This document shows, piece after piece, positions 17,801-27,328 of a stretch of 64,000 nucleotides of DNA. Source of the DNA: Bacteroidales bacterium (GTDB lineage: Bacteria; Bacteroidota; Bacteroidia; Bacteroidales; F082); NCBI GenBank assembly GCA_024400195.1, contig JAKSNC010000005.1:338-64337 (forward strand), written 5' to 3'. Made by a program: the position numbers and the translations under genes. Each line of letters begins with the position of its first letter. Within the stretch, counting starts at the first letter, position 1. Under the pieces are notes generated by a model. The model saw only the letters and a list, made by a program, of their open reading frames with translations. It did not search any database and was not told where the DNA came from.

Positions 17801-19042
17801 ATGAATTTTCCTGAAGAAAAAATCGAACAGTCGATACTTCCAAACGGCATACGTCTGTTGTTCAGACATCGTGCCGGAGAAGTGTCGCATCTCGCCTTGA
17901 TGGTCAACGCGGGCATGCGTGACGAGAAAGACGATGAGAACGGATTAGCTCACTTCGTCGAACACATGATCTTTAAAGGAACTAAACGCCGCCGCGCCTA
18001 TCATATCCTTTCCTGCCTCGAAAATGTAGGGGGCGACCTTAACGCCTATACGACTAAGGAAGAGACGTGCATTCACGCTTCATTTCTGAAGGAACACATG
18101 AATAAGGCCATGGATCTTTTTTCCGACGTCGCCTTCAGAAGCGTCTTTCCGCAACGAGAGATGGACAAAGAAAAGGAAGTCATTCTCGATGAGATAAACT
18201 CTTATCGCGACACGCCTTCGGAAGAGATTTTCGACGAATTTGAAAATGTTCTTTACGAAGGCCATCAGTTAGGACGGAACATCCTTGGCACGAAGGAACT
18301 TGTAGAGAATTACAGCCGCGCCGACATCGTCAGATTTATAAAAAACAATTATTCCACCGAACGACTTGTTATAGGTGCCGTCGCTGATATGAGCTTTTCC
18401 GATTTTGAGAAGACGGCGGCTCGCTATTTTGGTGAATGGCAGTGTCATAATGTTGATTATCATCGTATTCCGTTTGAAAGTCGCGCACCGAAGAAAATTA
18501 TCTGCGAGCGAAACAGTCATCTTTCTCATATCATGATCGGCGGCCTCGCTTACGACATCCGTCATCAGAATAAAATTCCGCTGATCCTGCTTAACAACAT
18601 CCTCGGCGGACCGGGAATGAACTCGCGCCTCAACCTGAACATCCGCGAGAAATACGGCTTCGCCTATACCATCGAGTCGCAATACAACGCTTACTCAGAT
18701 ACCGGCAATTTCTCAATTTACCTTGGCGTCGATCCTGACTCGGCTGAACGTTCTATCGAACTTGTTTTCAAGGAGTTGGATAAGATGCGGAATACGGCTT
18801 TGGGTACTTTGCAGCTGTCGAACGCAAAGAAACAGCTTCTCGGACAGGTGGCTCTCGGCAACGAGTCGGGAATGAACGAACTGTTGTCGATAGTCCGTGC
18901 CCATTTCTACGGCGAAGGCTGCGAGACGATGTCTCAGATTAGGGAAAAAATCGAACGGATAACATCGTCGAAACTGCTTGATGTTGCTAACGAGATTTTC
19001 GACAAAGATGGCATGAATATGTTGATATTCAAAGGTGCTTGA
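17801..19042 (+). CDS. M16 family (pitrilysin/insulinase-like) metallopeptidase
   Basis: The HFVEHMIFKGT (HxxEH) zinc motif. Start taken at MNFPEEKIEQ. Confidence 0.85.
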   Translation: MNFPEEKIEQSILPNGIRLLFRHRAGEVSHLALMVNAGMRDEKDDENGLAHFVEHMIFKGTKRRRAYHILSCLENVGGDLNAYTTKEETCIHASFLKEHMNKAMDLFSDVAFRSVFPQREMDKEKEVILDEINSYRDTPSEEIFDEFENVLYEGHQLGRNILGTKELVENYSRADIVRFIKNNYSTERLVIGAVADMSFSDFEKTAARYFGEWQCHNVDYHRIPFESRAPKKIICERNSHLSHIMIGGLAYDIRHQNKIPLILLNNILGGPGMNSRLNLNIREKYGFAYTIESQYNAYSDTGNFSIYLGVDPDSAERSIELVFKELDKMRNTALGTLQLSNAKKQLLGQVALGNESGMNELLSIVRAHFYGEGCETMSQIREKIERITSSKLLDVANEIFDKDGMNMLIFKGA

Positions 19043-19047
19043 TGTTT

Positions 19048-20034
19048 TTACGCGATGTAGGTCTCAAGAATTTTGGCCTTGTGCGCGGTGCATATTTCCA
19101 CTCGGTTCACGGCGTTCGGGATGAGCACGCATTCGCCGTTGCCTATTACTAGTTCGCCTCCGTCCCAGCGTAGTACAAACGAATTTTCAACGCACATCAG
19201 GATCACGAATGAGTCGAGTTCGGAATAGTCTTTCTTCAAAACGGCCTGTTCGAGCCTGATGATGTTCGTTGTGAAGAACGGCGTATCGACGACGGGCACT
19301 GTGCTGTTGATGGTGGCTTTGTCGTAATGCGTATGATAGCAGTCTTCCTTCTTGAAGTCGAGTGTCGCGAGAGCCTGTGGGATATGAAGTTCGCGGTACA
19401 TGCCGTATTGGTCGATGCGGTCCCAGTCATAGACGCGGAACGTTGTGTCGCTTGTCTGCTGAATCTCCGCCACCATGCAGCCCGGGCCGAGTGCGTGAAT
19501 GCGTCGCGCAGGAATGAAGTAAACGTCGCCTTCTTTAACATGCTCGTAATTAAGTACTTGCGACACTTTTTTGTCGTTGACGAGCTTTTCGAATTCTTCT
19601 TTGGAAACGTTTTGGTTGAAGCCGGAGACGAGAGTCGCGTCATCGGAGGCGTGCATGACGTACCACATCTCGGTTTTGCCGTTCTCAAGCCCTATTTTTT
19701 GTGCCAGATTGTCGTCAGGATGAACCTGCACGGAAAGCCACGTTACCGGGTCGATGATTTTGACGAGGATGGGGAAGCGTTCTCCGTATTTGTCGAAGAC
19801 TTTTTCGCCAACGAAGTCGCCCATGAAAGTCTCGACGAGGTCGTTGAGTTCGTCACCTTCGAAACTGCCGTTTGCAACGACGCTGTTGTGACCATCGACG
19901 CCCGAAATGAGCCACGCCTCGCCGCAGTTCGTCATCTGGCCGTAGTCGAGCCCGAGAATAGTTTTGATGTTTTGTCCGCCCCAGATTTTTTCAAAATACT
20001 GGTTCTGAAATTTCATCGGATATAAAAGTGTCAT
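19048..20034 (-). CDS. manA: class I mannose-6-phosphate isomerase
   Basis: The motifs SVQVHPDD and GPGCMVAEIQQTSDTTFRVYDWDR. Confidence 0.85.
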   Translation of the reverse strand: MTLLYPMKFQNQYFEKIWGGQNIKTILGLDYGQMTNCGEAWLISGVDGHNSVVANGSFEGDELNDLVETFMGDFVGEKVFDKYGERFPILVKIIDPVTWLSVQVHPDDNLAQKIGLENGKTEMWYVMHASDDATLVSGFNQNVSKEEFEKLVNDKKVSQVLNYEHVKEGDVYFIPARRIHALGPGCMVAEIQQTSDTTFRVYDWDRIDQYGMYRELHIPQALATLDFKKEDCYHTHYDKATINSTVPVVDTPFFTTNIIRLEQAVLKKDYSELDSFVILMCVENSFVLRWDGGELVIGNGECVLIPNAVNRVEICTAHKAKILETYIA

Positions 20035-20046
20035 TTTTTTTAGTTT

Positions 20047-20148
20047 GTTTAATGTTTAATGTTTAATGTTTAATGTCGAAAGTCAAAAGTCAAAAGTCGA
20101 AAGTCAAAAGTCAAAAGTCAAACGGTCAAATTGTCAAATTGTCAAAAG
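20047..20148. repeat. tandem arrays GTTTAAT x4 and GTC(A/G)AAA(n) x10
   Basis: Read directly from the sequence. Lies between the manA start codon and a candidate manA promoter. Confidence 0.9.
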
Positions 20149-20187
20149 AAAAATATTACTTCTAAGTAACCATTCATAATTAAGCTG

Positions 20188-20195
20188 CAAAAGTA
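20188..20195 (-). promoter_or_regulatory. candidate -7 box for manA
   Basis: TACTTTTG on the minus strand, about 153 nt upstream of the manA ATG. No closer match was seen. Confidence 0.35.
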
Positions 20196-20199
20196 TATT

Positions 20200-20290
20200 C
20201 TCATTTCGATAGGCTCATTTCGACAGGCTCAATGAGCTGTAAATCAGGTTGCTGAGCTTCGCTCCCTGAGCTCGTCGAAGGGCGAAGCAC
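20200..20290. repeat. palindromic REP-like element with 13-14 nt tandem units
   Basis: CTCATTTCGAT AGGCTCATTTCGAC AGGCTCAATGAGC, then hairpin GCTTCGC-N19-GCGAAGC. The imperfect inverted arms are CGACAGGCTCA / TGAGCTCGTCG. One frame reads PELVEGRS. Confidence 0.7.
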
Positions 20291-20323
20291 CGAACTAATA
20301 TGTAAACTAATGTTGTTCATCTA

Positions 20324-20370
20324 CTTATCTTCTATCTTCTAACTTCTAACTTCTAACTTCTAACTTCTTC
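20324..20370. repeat. TTCTAAC heptamer array
   Basis: CTTATCT TCTATCT (TCTAACT)x4 TCTTC abuts the stop codon of the MscS-family gene. Same unit and orientation as 12899-12940. Confidence 0.9.
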
Positions 20371-21598
20371 ACGGTCTCTGGTATATTCTGAGGTCGAACA
20401 TCGGGACGGCGGCGATGATATGGTCGAATATGTCGCTCTGAATCCTTTCATAGTCAGGCCAGTTTTTATTTGAGCAGAAGGCGTAAACCTGCAGCGGAAG
20501 TCCGAATTCCGTCGGTTGCAGCTGTCTCACCATGATGACGAGGTCTTTGCTGAGGTTTTCGTTGGCTTTGAGATATTCCGTGATGTAGGCACGCAGGATG
20601 CCGAGATTCGTCTGATTACGTCCGTTGACAGGGGTTTCGCTCGTATCAAAACCATGTTTTTTGTTGTATTCGGCAATCTCCAGTTCCTTCGCTTCGATAT
20701 AGTCTCTCACGAGGCTGATTTCTTTGAAGCGGGTTATCATTTCAGGAGTGCAGAATTTGATGGATTCGGTGTCGATGATGATGTAGCGGCTGATACGTCT
20801 TCCCTCCGATTCCGCCATTCCTCGCCAGTTGGTAAATGATTCGGAAACAAGCGAATACGTCGGTATCATCGTTATGGTCTTGTCGAAATTCTGTACTTTG
20901 ACCGTCGTCAGGCTGATGTCAATGACGTCGCCGTCGGCGTTGTGCTGCGGCACGGTTATCCAGTCGCCGAGACGCACCATGTCGTTGACGGAAAGCTGTA
21001 TTCCTCCGACGAAACCGAGTATGGAGTCTTTGAATACGAGCATCAGCACAGCCGAAAGAGTTCCCAAACCGATTATTATGCTGGAGAGGTCTTTGCCGGT
21101 AAGTGTCGTGATTATGAACAAGACCGCGATAGCGTATGTGATGTATTCGGCAACCTGCAAAAGGCCCTTCATCGATTTTGTCCGCGAAATGTCTTTCGTG
21201 TTGTATATGTCGTAAAGAGTCTTCATCAGGGACGTCACGATTCTCGCGTAGATTATTATCTCGTAAATTTTTGTCAGAATGATGATGATTTTGAATGCCG
21301 TAGGATAATCGGGGAGGGCATCGGGTGCGAAATTCCTTATCGCGTATGCAGGAATGAGGAGGAAGAACTTGTTAAAGACCCTGTTTTCGACAAATATGTC
21401 GTCGGCCTGAGTCTTGGTTTTTTTTGCCAATATGCCGAATACTTTGTTGGAAAGATAACTGCACAGCCAGCATATCGCGTAACTCACGGCAATGATGGTT
21501 GTTAGGGCGATGATTTCCGACAAGAGTTTTGCGGTTTGGTCAGAAAAGAGCATTCCTGTGAAAATACTTTTCAGGATGATTAAATATTTTGTTATCAT
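20369..21598 (-). CDS. mechanosensitive ion channel (MscS) family protein
   Basis: Start at MITKYLIILKSIF (21598). The 90-codon upstream extension overlaps the divergent promoter and gene. MscS beta-domain segment GDWITVPQHNADGDVIDISLTTVKVQNFDKTITMIPTYSL. Confidence 0.8.
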   Translation of the reverse strand: MITKYLIILKSIFTGMLFSDQTAKLLSEIIALTTIIAVSYAICWLCSYLSNKVFGILAKKTKTQADDIFVENRVFNKFFLLIPAYAIRNFAPDALPDYPTAFKIIIILTKIYEIIIYARIVTSLMKTLYDIYNTKDISRTKSMKGLLQVAEYITYAIAVLFIITTLTGKDLSSIIIGLGTLSAVLMLVFKDSILGFVGGIQLSVNDMVRLGDWITVPQHNADGDVIDISLTTVKVQNFDKTITMIPTYSLVSESFTNWRGMAESEGRRISRYIIIDTESIKFCTPEMITRFKEISLVRDYIEAKELEIAEYNKKHGFDTSETPVNGRNQTNLGILRAYITEYLKANENLSKDLVIMVRQLQPTEFGLPLQVYAFCSNKNWPDYERIQSDIFDHIIAAVPMFDLRIYQRP

Positions 21599-21627
21599 AT
21601 CATGAGTTTTACGTAATAATCCGAGGG

Positions 21628-21635
21628 CAAAATTA
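21628..21635 (-). promoter_or_regulatory. -7 box for the MscS-family gene
   Basis: TAATTTTG on the minus strand, 29 nt upstream of the ATG at 21598. Confidence 0.5.
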
Positions 21636-21671
21636 CGAAAAACTTTTGGGGGAAGATTGCGAAAAAAAACA

Positions 21672-21679
21672 TATCTTTG
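21672..21679 (+). promoter_or_regulatory. -7 box for the TonB-dependent receptor operon
   Basis: TATCTTTG 28 nt upstream of the ATG at 21708. Confidence 0.5.
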
Positions 21680-21707
21680 CATCTTAATCTGAGAATACGT
21701 TTCCAAT

Positions 21708-24272
21708 ATGAAGAGAATACTACTATTAGTTGCAGTTTCTATCTTGTGTGTCAATGCTTTTTCGCAGGAGGAAGTTACAGTCAACGACACTTTGAAAGAG
21801 CAGGAAAACACCATCATGCCAGCCGTCGTCTTGTTCGATACCGACTTTGACGAAGTAAACAACACCACTGATGTTTCGGGATTTCTGCAGTCGTCGCGCG
21901 ATGTGTTCAGCAGTATCGCTGCCTATAACCTCAGCAACCGCCGATTCCGCATCCGCAGTTTCGATTCAAAGTACACCGATGTCATGATAAACGGCATCTT
22001 GATGAATGACCCGGAGACCGGGCGTCCGTATTATTCCAACTGGGGCGGACTCAACGATGTCATGCGTCTGACTACCATCACCATGAACACAGGCATGGCC
22101 GAAGTGGGATTTGGCGGTATGGGCGGCCTCACGGCAATTTCGACACGCGCAAGTCTGTACCGCAAACAGGTGTCGGTCGGCTACGCCAATTCAAACAGGT
22201 CTTACAACAACCGTCTGATGGTCACGGCCTCCACCGGCATGATGGACGACGGATGGGCGTTCACCGTTTCGGCATCACGCAGATGGTCGCTCAAAGGCTA
22301 TCAGGATGGTACTTGGTACGACGCTTACAGTTATTTCCTCACAGGAGAAAAAAAGATAAACGACAGACATTCTCTCGGATTCACCATCCTCGGAGCTCCT
22401 TCAAGCAGAGCCGGCGGCTCGCCTGTAGTTCAGGAATGTTACGACCTGCTTGATGATAACTACTACAACCCCAACTGGGGCTGGCAGACAGATACCGATG
22501 GAAGCCGCTTCAAACGCGCCGCGAGAGTCAGCAACTACCACCAGCCGATGTTCCAACTGCAGCATTATTTCAAGATAAACGACAAAATGCAGCTTAACAC
22601 GACCGCATACTATTGGATGGGTCGCAGCGGAAGCACATCACTCGAATGGAACGAAGGTCCCGACCCTCGCCCCGACTACTACCGCAACCTGCCGAGCTAC
22701 TACCTGTATAAATTGGAAAGCGGTGCTGATGGTTACACTTGGGACGGCTATGAGGCTTATCTCAACGAATGGGTCAATAACTCCGACCTTCATCAAATCA
22801 ACTGGGACGAACTCTACGCCGCCAACTCACGCCACCTCATGACAGTTCACGATGCCAACGGTATAACAGGAAACACCGTTACCGGACTCGCCTCAAAATA
22901 CATCGTTGAAGAAAGACGCCAAGATAAGAATATGGGCGGCATCGCGACAAGTTTTAAATATGATGTGAACCCAAGACTGCATATCAACGCCGGATTGATG
23001 GGTAACGTGTCGAAAACGAATTACTACAAGCTTATCGCCGACCTCCTCGGCGGCGACTATTACTTGGACATCGATAAATACGCCGACGGCGAGACTTTCA
23101 TCGTCTCCGACGCACAACAGACGAACCTCCGCAATAAAAACCATATCGCACGCAAAGGCGATGTGTTCGGATACGACTACGTCGCTAATGTCAATAAGAT
23201 TAACCTTTGGGCTCAGGCCAACTACATAGTAAGCAGATTCGACGCATACTTGGCGGCACAAGGCGACTTCGTCAATATGTACCGCAAAGGCAATTATGAA
23301 AACGGACATTTCCAAGGAAACCTTTCCTACGGCGATTCAGAAAAACTCAACTTCCTCACTTTCGGCGTGAAGAGCGGTACACACTACGCCATCGACGGAC
23401 GCAACTACCTCTTCGCGAATATCGCCTACAGACATCAGGCTCCCGATTTTAGAAGTGCCTTCGTCTCTCCGAAAGTCAGAAATACGGTTGTTGATAACCT
23501 TACGACGGAAAAACTCTTCACCGTTGACGGCGGCTACGAACTCCGCGCTCCCAATGTCAAGGCGCGCGTTAGTTATTACTTAGTCAACAGCAGTGATATG
23601 AACTGGAACCGCAGCTTCTATTACGAAGAAAAAGGCGTCTTCGTCAACTACCTCATGAACGACATCAAAAAACTCGCACACGGCGTGGAAGTCGGCGCAG
23701 ACCTCAAGATGACACCGACTCTTACCGCACAGTTCGCCGGCTCGATAGGGGAAGAGTTCTATACAAACAACCCGCGCGTCAACGTGTATGAAGACAACAA
23801 CGCCGAGCCTATTTATCAGAATGAGAAGGTTTATCTTAAAAACTATTACGTTGGTGAGATGCCGCAGACCGTCGGTTCTCTCGGACTGAAATACAATGCG
23901 CCGAAAAACTGGTGGATAAGCCTTAACGGAAACTACTTCGGACGTTACTATATGGCAGTCAACCCGTGCAACCACACGGCAAGCGCAATGGCAGGCCTTT
24001 ACGAGGGCGACGCACGCATCGATCAGCTCCTCGAACAGAAGAAACTCGACGATGCCTTCACACTCGACTTCTACGGCGGAATATCGTGGCATATAAAAGA
24101 ATATTACTTCCTCCTCAATGTCAGCATCAACAACCTCCTCAATAAGAAGGACATCACGCTCTACGGCTATGAACAGCTGAGAAGCGACTACGCCGAGCCG
24201 GAACGCTTCCCCGAGAAATATTCCTACCTCTACGGAATCAACTATTTCATAAGTCTCACCATAAGGCGATAA
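21708..24272 (+). CDS. TonB-dependent outer-membrane receptor (non-SusC type)
   Basis: Signal peptide. Plug-like N-terminus (RIRSFDSKYTDVMINGILMNDPETG). Long beta-barrel ending in an aromatic-rich C-terminus. No carboxypeptidase-like N-terminal domain. Confidence 0.8.
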   Translation: MKRILLLVAVSILCVNAFSQEEVTVNDTLKEQENTIMPAVVLFDTDFDEVNNTTDVSGFLQSSRDVFSSIAAYNLSNRRFRIRSFDSKYTDVMINGILMNDPETGRPYYSNWGGLNDVMRLTTITMNTGMAEVGFGGMGGLTAISTRASLYRKQVSVGYANSNRSYNNRLMVTASTGMMDDGWAFTVSASRRWSLKGYQDGTWYDAYSYFLTGEKKINDRHSLGFTILGAPSSRAGGSPVVQECYDLLDDNYYNPNWGWQTDTDGSRFKRAARVSNYHQPMFQLQHYFKINDKMQLNTTAYYWMGRSGSTSLEWNEGPDPRPDYYRNLPSYYLYKLESGADGYTWDGYEAYLNEWVNNSDLHQINWDELYAANSRHLMTVHDANGITGNTVTGLASKYIVEERRQDKNMGGIATSFKYDVNPRLHINAGLMGNVSKTNYYKLIADLLGGDYYLDIDKYADGETFIVSDAQQTNLRNKNHIARKGDVFGYDYVANVNKINLWAQANYIVSRFDAYLAAQGDFVNMYRKGNYENGHFQGNLSYGDSEKLNFLTFGVKSGTHYAIDGRNYLFANIAYRHQAPDFRSAFVSPKVRNTVVDNLTTEKLFTVDGGYELRAPNVKARVSYYLVNSSDMNWNRSFYYEEKGVFVNYLMNDIKKLAHGVEVGADLKMTPTLTAQFAGSIGEEFYTNNPRVNVYEDNNAEPIYQNEKVYLKNYYVGEMPQTVGSLGLKYNAPKNWWISLNGNYFGRYYMAVNPCNHTASAMAGLYEGDARIDQLLEQKKLDDAFTLDFYGGISWHIKEYYFLLNVSINNLLNKKDITLYGYEQLRSDYAEPERFPEKYSYLYGINYFISLTIRR

Positions 24273-24313
24273 ACTAAAACCGTAATTAAAGTCTAACATT
24301 AAAATCGAAAAAT

Positions 24314-26113
24314 ATGAAGAAGTTCAGATATATAGTGATGGCGGTTACGGCGGCGGTCGTACTCGCGTTTGTGTCGTGCAAGAAAGACAACGAAAAGCCA
24401 TCTATCAACGTTATGGATGAGGGAGAGAAATGGTCGGTGTCCGCGATTCTCGACTCTCTTGGAAAAGTGGAAACATTCCTATTCGACGAGTATGAGCCGG
24501 CTTCTGTTGATGCCTACGTCATCGGCGACGAGAGGACAGGCAACATCTACCGCACTATTTACATAAGAGATGAAAAAGGAGGCTGCATAGCCGTCTATCG
24601 CAATTCGGGAACGGAGGATTTTCAGGCACATGCAGGGGATTATATAACGCTCGATCTAAGCGGGGCAGTGGCCGGATATTACAACGGACTTCCGCAGATT
24701 CAGCTTCCCGCCGCAGGTGTCGAACCAGATCCAAATGTCAGAATCATAATCAGACAACGTAATGTAGATATAATACCGACGCCTGCTACCCTGAAGGAAG
24801 TGAACGAAGGCAAACACCTTTGCGACCTCGTCAAACTGAGCGATGTGCAGTTCTCTGATCCGAACCATACTTACGCCGAATATGAAAGCTCGTCCGACCG
24901 TGGAATAGAAGACTGCTCAGGTTATTCGGCAGTGGTCAGGACATCGAATTACGCGACGTTTGCAAGCGACAGCCTCCCAAAAGGCAAAGGCGACCTCGTA
25001 TGTGTCGTGTCTCTGTATAAAAAGAGCGAATCGAATAAGACATGGCAGATGCTTATCCGCAACACGTCGGATGTCAATATGAACGGCCCGCGTTGTGAAG
25101 ATGAAGGAGAAACCGTAAAGGAACTTCCTTATAATCAATCGTTCTCGACAACTTTTGGTACGTATAAGCCATACGACTGCTTAGGCGCACAGACTTGGGA
25201 AATCGATTATTCGACGGCCAAGATGACAGGTTACGTCGATAACACAAATTACGCTAACGAGGACTGGCTCATCTCTTCTCAGGTGGCACTCACGGGCGTG
25301 GAAAATGCAAAAGTCTGCATCAACTATATAGCCCGCTATTTCCAGAATATCAATAACGACATCTCGCTGATGGTGTCTCGCGACTACGTCTCCGGTACTG
25401 ACCCGAAAGAGTATGATTGGACAAAATTGGATGTTGAATTTGTCAACGGAAGTGATTGGAACACTTTCATTACTTCGGAAGTCAGCCTGAATGATTTTGT
25501 CGGAGATACCGTCGTTGTGGCCGTTAGATATTTGTCAACTGAGGTTAAGGCTGGAACTATTGAAGTGAAGTATATCGAGATATGCGAGGGCGAACCTGCC
25601 GAGCCGGGGACATCTGACGAGCTTCAGGAACTCCCTTATGAACAGGATTTCTCATACAGTTTCGGAACGTATGACACTTACGACGTTTTTGGCGATGAAT
25701 ATTGGACTATCGATTATCACACCGCGAAGATGACAGGCTATGTCGGTAATACGAATCACGCTAACGATGACTGGCTGTTGTCGTCGTCGGTAAATCTGAA
25801 GGATGCCGCTTCCGTCACGGCGGAGATAACCTATATAGGAAGATATTTCGCCAACATAAAGAACGATATGCACATCTTTGTGTCAGACGACTACGAAAGA
25901 GGAAAAAATCCCAACGATTACACTTGGACCGAGATAAGCGGACAGTGGTCGGAGAGTTCCGATTGGAATACGTTTAAGACGCTGACTGTTGATTTGTCCG
26001 CATTCGCCGGCAAGGAAGTCGTCTTCGCCGTTGAATACACTTCGACGGACATAAAGGCCGGAACCATTGAGATAAAATCTATCGTGATAAAGGAAAACGA
26101 GACAGGAAAATAA
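24314..26113 (+). CDS. surface lipoprotein: OB-like N-domain (DUF5689-like) plus two tandem choice-of-anchor-J-like modules
   Basis: Lipobox AFVSC. Internal duplication ELPYNQSFSTTFGTYKPYD...TAKMTGYVDNTNYANEDWLISS versus ELPYEQDFSYSFGTYDTYD...TAKMTGYVGNTNHANDDWLLSS. Domain names are from memory. Confidence 0.65.
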   Translation: MKKFRYIVMAVTAAVVLAFVSCKKDNEKPSINVMDEGEKWSVSAILDSLGKVETFLFDEYEPASVDAYVIGDERTGNIYRTIYIRDEKGGCIAVYRNSGTEDFQAHAGDYITLDLSGAVAGYYNGLPQIQLPAAGVEPDPNVRIIIRQRNVDIIPTPATLKEVNEGKHLCDLVKLSDVQFSDPNHTYAEYESSSDRGIEDCSGYSAVVRTSNYATFASDSLPKGKGDLVCVVSLYKKSESNKTWQMLIRNTSDVNMNGPRCEDEGETVKELPYNQSFSTTFGTYKPYDCLGAQTWEIDYSTAKMTGYVDNTNYANEDWLISSQVALTGVENAKVCINYIARYFQNINNDISLMVSRDYVSGTDPKEYDWTKLDVEFVNGSDWNTFITSEVSLNDFVGDTVVVAVRYLSTEVKAGTIEVKYIEICEGEPAEPGTSDELQELPYEQDFSYSFGTYDTYDVFGDEYWTIDYHTAKMTGYVGNTNHANDDWLLSSSVNLKDAASVTAEITYIGRYFANIKNDMHIFVSDDYERGKNPNDYTWTEISGQWSESSDWNTFKTLTVDLSAFAGKEVVFAVEYTSTDIKAGTIEIKSIVIKENETGK

Positions 26114-26119
26114 ATCATT

Positions 26120-27313
26120 ATGACTTTCAAAATTAAAGATATGAAGAATAGAATCTCAAAATATGTTTTACTCCTCGCCATCGCATGCGGATTGCTCGCA
26201 TCGTGCGTGGACAGGAAAGCCCGCAACAATGATTTCGACGCGCCAAATATCCCGCCTCTGCCGGTCGGGACGCTCTATTCCGTACGTAATCTGCTCGATA
26301 TTTTCAGCGAGAACGGAAATCGTCCGGTGAAGATAACCGACACGGCATCAGTCTGCGCTATCGTTACCGCTGACGAGACATCGGGTAATCTTTACAAGGC
26401 GGCTTTCATCAGTGACGGCACTGCCTCTATCGAACTTTATATGGAATCGACAAGCGGCCTTCGCATAGGCGACTCCATCCGCGTTTATCTCAACGGCGCG
26501 ACAGTGTCGGAATACAGCGGGACGCCGCAGATTCAGGACCTCGACCCGAATAATATCACGATTCTGAAAAACGGCTGCGAAGTTAATGTTACGGAGCTGT
26601 CAATCAGTGATATGAACGAGTTTGATAATCATATCTGCGAACTCGTCAAATTTGACGAAGTCGAGTTTGTTGAAGCTGATTTGAATAAGCCGTATGCCGA
26701 TTCCGCAGGATATGGTTCGAGGATAATCAACGACTGCGAAGGCACAAGTCAGGTGACGGTTAGGACGAGCAACTACGCGTCTTTTGCGAAGCAGACTATA
26801 CCGAGCGGCAACGGCAGTATAACAGGTATCCTGACGAAATACAAAAGCGGCAGCAATGTGACATGGCAACTCGTTCTGCGCTCACCATCGGAAGTCGTTT
26901 TCGACAACGCACGCTGCTTCGGAACGGGCGACGGCACAGAAGAAAATCCGTATGACGTTAGAGCTCTGCAGTCCCATCAGGGTGAAAAAGGGAAATGGGC
27001 TTACGGCTATATCGTTGGAAGCTCAAAAAGCCGTAATATTCAATCTGCCGAAGATATAGTATGGACAGCCCCGTTTGCTGAAGAAGTTAATTTGTTAAAC
27101 GTCATTATCGCCGACGATCCTGATGAGAAAAACATAGAACGTTGCGCGATAGTTTATCTGCCGTCAAACAACAATATCCGTGAAGCCGTCAACCTTCACG
27201 ATCATCCGGAAAACCTCGGCAAAAAACTCAATGTTTTGGGCAACTTGTTGATAAGGTACAATATGGAAGGAACACAGGCTGATTATGACGGACAATTTCA
27301 TCTTGGTGAATAA
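26120..27313 (+). CDS. surface lipoprotein paralogous to the N-domain of the previous gene (DUF5689-like + DUF6359-like)
   Basis: Lipobox LLASC; the real start may be MKNRISKY at 26141. Shares the motifs VRTSNYASFA, GTPQIQ and TWQLVLRSPSEV with 24314-26113. Confidence 0.65.
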   Translation: MTFKIKDMKNRISKYVLLLAIACGLLASCVDRKARNNDFDAPNIPPLPVGTLYSVRNLLDIFSENGNRPVKITDTASVCAIVTADETSGNLYKAAFISDGTASIELYMESTSGLRIGDSIRVYLNGATVSEYSGTPQIQDLDPNNITILKNGCEVNVTELSISDMNEFDNHICELVKFDEVEFVEADLNKPYADSAGYGSRIINDCEGTSQVTVRTSNYASFAKQTIPSGNGSITGILTKYKSGSNVTWQLVLRSPSEVVFDNARCFGTGDGTEENPYDVRALQSHQGEKGKWAYGYIVGSSKSRNIQSAEDIVWTAPFAEEVNLLNVIIADDPDEKNIERCAIVYLPSNNNIREAVNLHDHPENLGKKLNVLGNLLIRYNMEGTQADYDGQFHLGE

Positions 27314-27328
27314 ATAAATCAATTGAAA

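Noticed and set aside
20047-20148. Possible CRISPR array because of regular short repeats.
   Set aside because: The units are 7-8 nt and contiguous, with no unique spacers and no cas genes. They are microsatellite-like arrays, not CRISPR.
21599-21868. N-terminal 90 codons of the 499-aa MscS-family track ORF.
   Set aside because: It overlaps the divergent TBDR start and both promoter boxes. A TAATTTTG box sits 29 nt upstream of the internal Met at 21598.
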